From a virus (Duplodnaviria; Heunggongvirae; Uroviricota; Caudoviricetes), in IMG/VR virus record IMGVR_UViG_2541047698_000018: a stretch of DNA of 42,267 nt; one strand, 5' to 3'. The first letter of the stretch is position 1. Each line of letters begins with the position of its first letter. The notes below the pieces were generated by a model that saw nothing but the letters and a program-made list of their open reading frames with translations, was not told where the DNA came from and did no database searches. The position numbers and the translations under genes are program-made. Shown piece after piece: positions 38,810 through 42,267 of this stretch.

Positions 38810-40201
38810 ATGATCAATTTTTCTCCTCGCCTCTATCAAGACCTGATTATTAATCACCAAATCGAAACCCTGCGCGGCAACATCTGGGCGGGTATGGGAA
38901 TGGGTAAAACCGTAGCGACACTCACTACGCTGGAAGACCTCTTCATGGCGGGTGCAGAAACACAACCTGCGCTGGTTCTCGCGCCGCTGCGCGTGGCTGC
39001 CAGCACATGGCCGGATGAAGCACTGAAGTGGGGGCATTTGCGCAATATCGAGGTACAACCAATTGTTGGTAACGCCAAAGCGCGCTCTGCAGCGCTGGCG
39101 AACAGCAACGCGAGCGTGTTCACCATCAACTACGATAACCTTGTCTGGCTGGTTGAGGAATTGGGAGAACGATGGCCGTTCGGTACTGTCATTCCAGATG
39201 AAAGCACCCGGCTAAAATCCTTCCGGCTGCGAGGTGGTGGTAAGCGCGCGGCGGCGCTGGGCAAAGTGGCGCATAAGTATGTCCGGCGCTGGATAAATCT
39301 CACCGGTACTCCAGCACCGAACGGCCTGGTAGATTTGTGGGGACAAGCGTGGTTTGTGGACCAGGGGCAACGTCTCGGACGCACTTACGGCGCGTTTACC
39401 TCACGCTGGTTCAACTCGATACAGTTTCCGGGGCAGAGCTGGACCAAACTGGAGCCGTTTGCTCACTCACAGGGTGAAATACAGCGAGCGTTAGCCGATG
39501 TGACCCTATCGCTGGATGCGGCCGACTGGTTCGATATCAAAGACCCCATCCATAACGTAATCCGCGTGGATATGCCGGCGAAGGCCCGTCAGCAGTATCG
39601 TGAAATGGAAAAGGAAATGTTCCTCGAGCTGAATGGCGAAGGCATCGAAGCACCGAACGCCGCGGCAAAGACACTGAAGTGTCTGCAAATCGCCAGCGGC
39701 GCAGTATACACAGATGACACCGGAAGTTGGTCAGAACTGCATGACACCAAACTACAGGCGCTGGACAGCATACTGACCGAAGCAGCTGGCGCACCTGTGC
39801 TGGTTGCTTATCACTGGAAACACGATCTTGAACGCTTGCTTAAAGCATTTCCTCGCGGTCGTCACCTCGACCAGGATCCACAGACACTACGTGACTGGAA
39901 TTCCGGAAAGATTCCTGTTCTCTTTGCACACCCAGCCAGCGCGGGCCACGGTCTGAACATGCAGGACGGCGGAAACATACTGGTATTTTTCTCACATTGG
40001 TGGGACCTGGAGCAGTATCAGCAAATTATTGAACGTATCGGCCCAACCAGACAGATACAGGCCGGACACAATCGTCCGGTATTTATTCACCACATTATTG
40101 CTGCCGACACTATGGACGAAATGGTGATGGAGCGGCGCAACTCAAAACGAACAGTGCAGGACATCCTGCTCGATGCCATGAAAAAGAGAGGTATAGCATG
40201 A
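38810..40201 (+). CDS. SNF2-family helicase
   Basis: 463 aa; Walker A GMGMGKT; DExx box VIPDESTRL; C-terminal helicase domain. Confidence 0.8.
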   Translation: MINFSPRLYQDLIINHQIETLRGNIWAGMGMGKTVATLTTLEDLFMAGAETQPALVLAPLRVAASTWPDEALKWGHLRNIEVQPIVGNAKARSAALANSNASVFTINYDNLVWLVEELGERWPFGTVIPDESTRLKSFRLRGGGKRAAALGKVAHKYVRRWINLTGTPAPNGLVDLWGQAWFVDQGQRLGRTYGAFTSRWFNSIQFPGQSWTKLEPFAHSQGEIQRALADVTLSLDAADWFDIKDPIHNVIRVDMPAKARQQYREMEKEMFLELNGEGIEAPNAAAKTLKCLQIASGAVYTDDTGSWSELHDTKLQALDSILTEAAGAPVLVAYHWKHDLERLLKAFPRGRHLDQDPQTLRDWNSGKIPVLFAHPASAGHGLNMQDGGNILVFFSHWWDLEQYQQIIERIGPTRQIQAGHNRPVFIHHIIAADTMDEMVMERRNSKRTVQDILLDAMKKRGIA

Positions 40202-40398
40202 GCGAGAAACCCGACGATTTACTCACCCCAGATGAAGTATGCCAAAAGTTAGGTATTACACAGAAAACGCTATGTGAGTGGAATATTAAGCATCGTCATC
40301 GGGCTATCCTGGCACCAATTCGTTTCAGTGCAAAAGTAGTTCGTTATGAGCGCCGAAATGTCGACGCTTTTATTCAAAAGTGTCGCAGCCAGTATTAA
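40198..40398 (+). CDS. AlpA/excisionase-like DNA-binding protein
   Basis: 66 aa; LTPDEVCQKLGITQKTLCEW helix-turn-helix; adjacent to integrase. Confidence 0.5.
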   Translation: MSEKPDDLLTPDEVCQKLGITQKTLCEWNIKHRHRAILAPIRFSAKVVRYERRNVDAFIQKCRSQY

Positions 40399-41798
40399 CC
40401 TCGCCGCCGTAGCAATGCAACCTGCGCAAGTATGCTCCGCTCGTGAGCCTCGAAAGCTTCGCGCTTTAACGCAATCTCTTCCTGTAAAATCTCATCAGAA
40501 AAGTCGTAATGTTCTGCCATCGGGTCATCTGACTTGCTGGAGTGGTGAAGGCAAAGGAGGCTGATTTCCCTTCGGTCTGATCGGGAATAGCCTCTTTCCT
40601 TCATCAAGGCAATAACATTGCTCTTAAGGAATTTACGGCACATCGTATTAAATGCACCGTCTTTCCCTTTAACAGTCCCATCATGTTTTATTCCTTTTAC
40701 AGCCCCGTCCGGGCTGTATGTTTTCACCAGCTTATCCAGTGATCGTTTTGAAAATGGCTGCATTGGATCACGTGGCTGCAAAAATACATAATCCCTGTTG
40801 CACTCAGGAACTGAATCACGCCAGGCTTTCTGCTCGTCGATAATCCGCCGGATCTCAGGCGTTATCGGCAGGCGGAAAGCCTTTTGTGTTTTCATAGCCC
40901 CTCGCATGCCGATAACGCCTTCCGGATAAACAATTTCACCAGCCTCCTCGTGAACGTAGTCCCAGCGTAGGTTATGGACATTAATCGGACGAACGCCAGT
41001 GATGATCATGAAGCGAACAGCATTCTTCTGGTGTACAGAGGTGCAGGCAGCAACATTGAGCCAGAGTCGGGCGATTGATTCAATATCGGTAAAAAGCCGT
41101 GTGGGGGTAGGTTTCTGTACGCGGGAGGAAACATAATCATCTGGCAGACTGGCGGCAACATTGCGGCCGTTGCAAAGAGTAGGTGCGCAGAACTTCCAGA
41201 ACCGACGGAGCTCGGCAAACAACTCCAGGGCGTTATTGTTCGAGCGAGTGGCGATCCACTCGTCCAGCACTTCCACCAGCCGATTGTATGTTACGTCGCT
41301 GAACACCTCACGCTCGCCGAACGTTGCTTTAATCCGGTCGATACGCACCCCGTAGGTTGTGAAACTGTCCGGGCTCAGCTTCTGCCGGGCGACTTTGGCT
41401 TTGAGGTCATCCCGGTACATTTCCAGCGCTGCATGTACTGACTCTGCCCGCAAGCCACAGTCAGCCATACCTAGCGCTTTTTCGCGCGCCAGCTGGATAG
41501 CGAGCTCCGGCCACTCGCCGAGCTTTTTACCCTTGAGGCCCATCTTTTTTGGAAACTCGGCGTAAAATGTAACCTTACCGGCTTTGCTGAAATCGATACG
41601 GAGATAGTTCTCTTTTTCGTATTTGGAACGGCGAGCCACGCCGGAAGCAGCGAGGATGATTTTGGCGGCAGCAACACAGATTTTCATGTGTGCGCTGGTA
41701 TAGGGGGGTTTACAGGCGTCCCATTTTTCAGATGCGGCTAAAACATCGTCATTATTGGGGCTATCCGGATTATGTGTTACAGTGCGCGGCATTCTCAA
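40395..41798 (-). CDS. int: Tyrosine integrase (start codon uncertain)
   Basis: 467-aa ORF at prophage edge; ITGVRP (Arg), LHH, C-terminal AEHYDF (Tyr) consistent with a divergent tyrosine recombinase. Confidence 0.7.
   Translation of the reverse strand: MRMPRTVTHNPDSPNNDDVLAASEKWDACKPPYTSAHMKICVAAAKIILAASGVARRSKYEKENYLRIDFSKAGKVTFYAEFPKKMGLKGKKLGEWPELAIQLAREKALGMADCGLRAESVHAALEMYRDDLKAKVARQKLSPDSFTTYGVRIDRIKATFGEREVFSDVTYNRLVEVLDEWIATRSNNNALELFAELRRFWKFCAPTLCNGRNVAASLPDDYVSSRVQKPTPTRLFTDIESIARLWLNVAACTSVHQKNAVRFMIITGVRPINVHNLRWDYVHEEAGEIVYPEGVIGMRGAMKTQKAFRLPITPEIRRIIDEQKAWRDSVPECNRDYVFLQPRDPMQPFSKRSLDKLVKTYSPDGAVKGIKHDGTVKGKDGAFNTMCRKFLKSNVIALMKERGYSRSDRREISLLCLHHSSKSDDPMAEHYDFSDEILQEEIALKREAFEAHERSILAQVALLRRRG

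Positions 41799-42267
<469 letters not shown>

Overview
Almost the whole window is one temperate prophage (about 41.5 kb visible), inserted beside the host ferredoxin-like gene yfhL at the right edge (42007-42267). It combines lambdoid regulation and lysis with a Mu/e14/SfV-like contractile tail. Minus strand, right to left: cro-like regulator, Prim-Pol primase, an iteron-rich putative origin, Q antiterminator (QuuD-like), late promoter/terminator, holin-endolysin-Rz/Rz1, TerS, TerL, portal, head genes, sheath, tube, chaperone, tape measure, baseplate, tail fibre and assembly protein, then a Gin/Pin-type invertible fibre segment whose invertase is 3'-truncated by an AT-rich cargo gene. Plus strand: cI repressor, a consensus PL-like promoter with a boxA element, and an early operon (PD-(D/E)XK/Cas4-like nuclease, DUF2815 SSB-like, family A DNA polymerase, TIR-like protein, VRR-NUC, SNF2 helicase, AlpA-like), ending at a minus-strand tyrosine integrase. 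No rRNA, tRNA, CRISPR array or IS element was found by eye. The best candidates for an undescribed accessory or defence function are: the TIR-like protein (36397-37158), the AT-rich two-gene membrane cassette (37886-38772), the cargo gene at the e14 mcrA-equivalent slot (569-1414), the Zn-ribbon gene convergent with PL (29830-30399) and the 209-aa membrane protein (33593-34222). All calls are from reading the sequence and ORF translations; no database search was run, so family names are from memory of motifs and most structural-gene calls rest on synteny.
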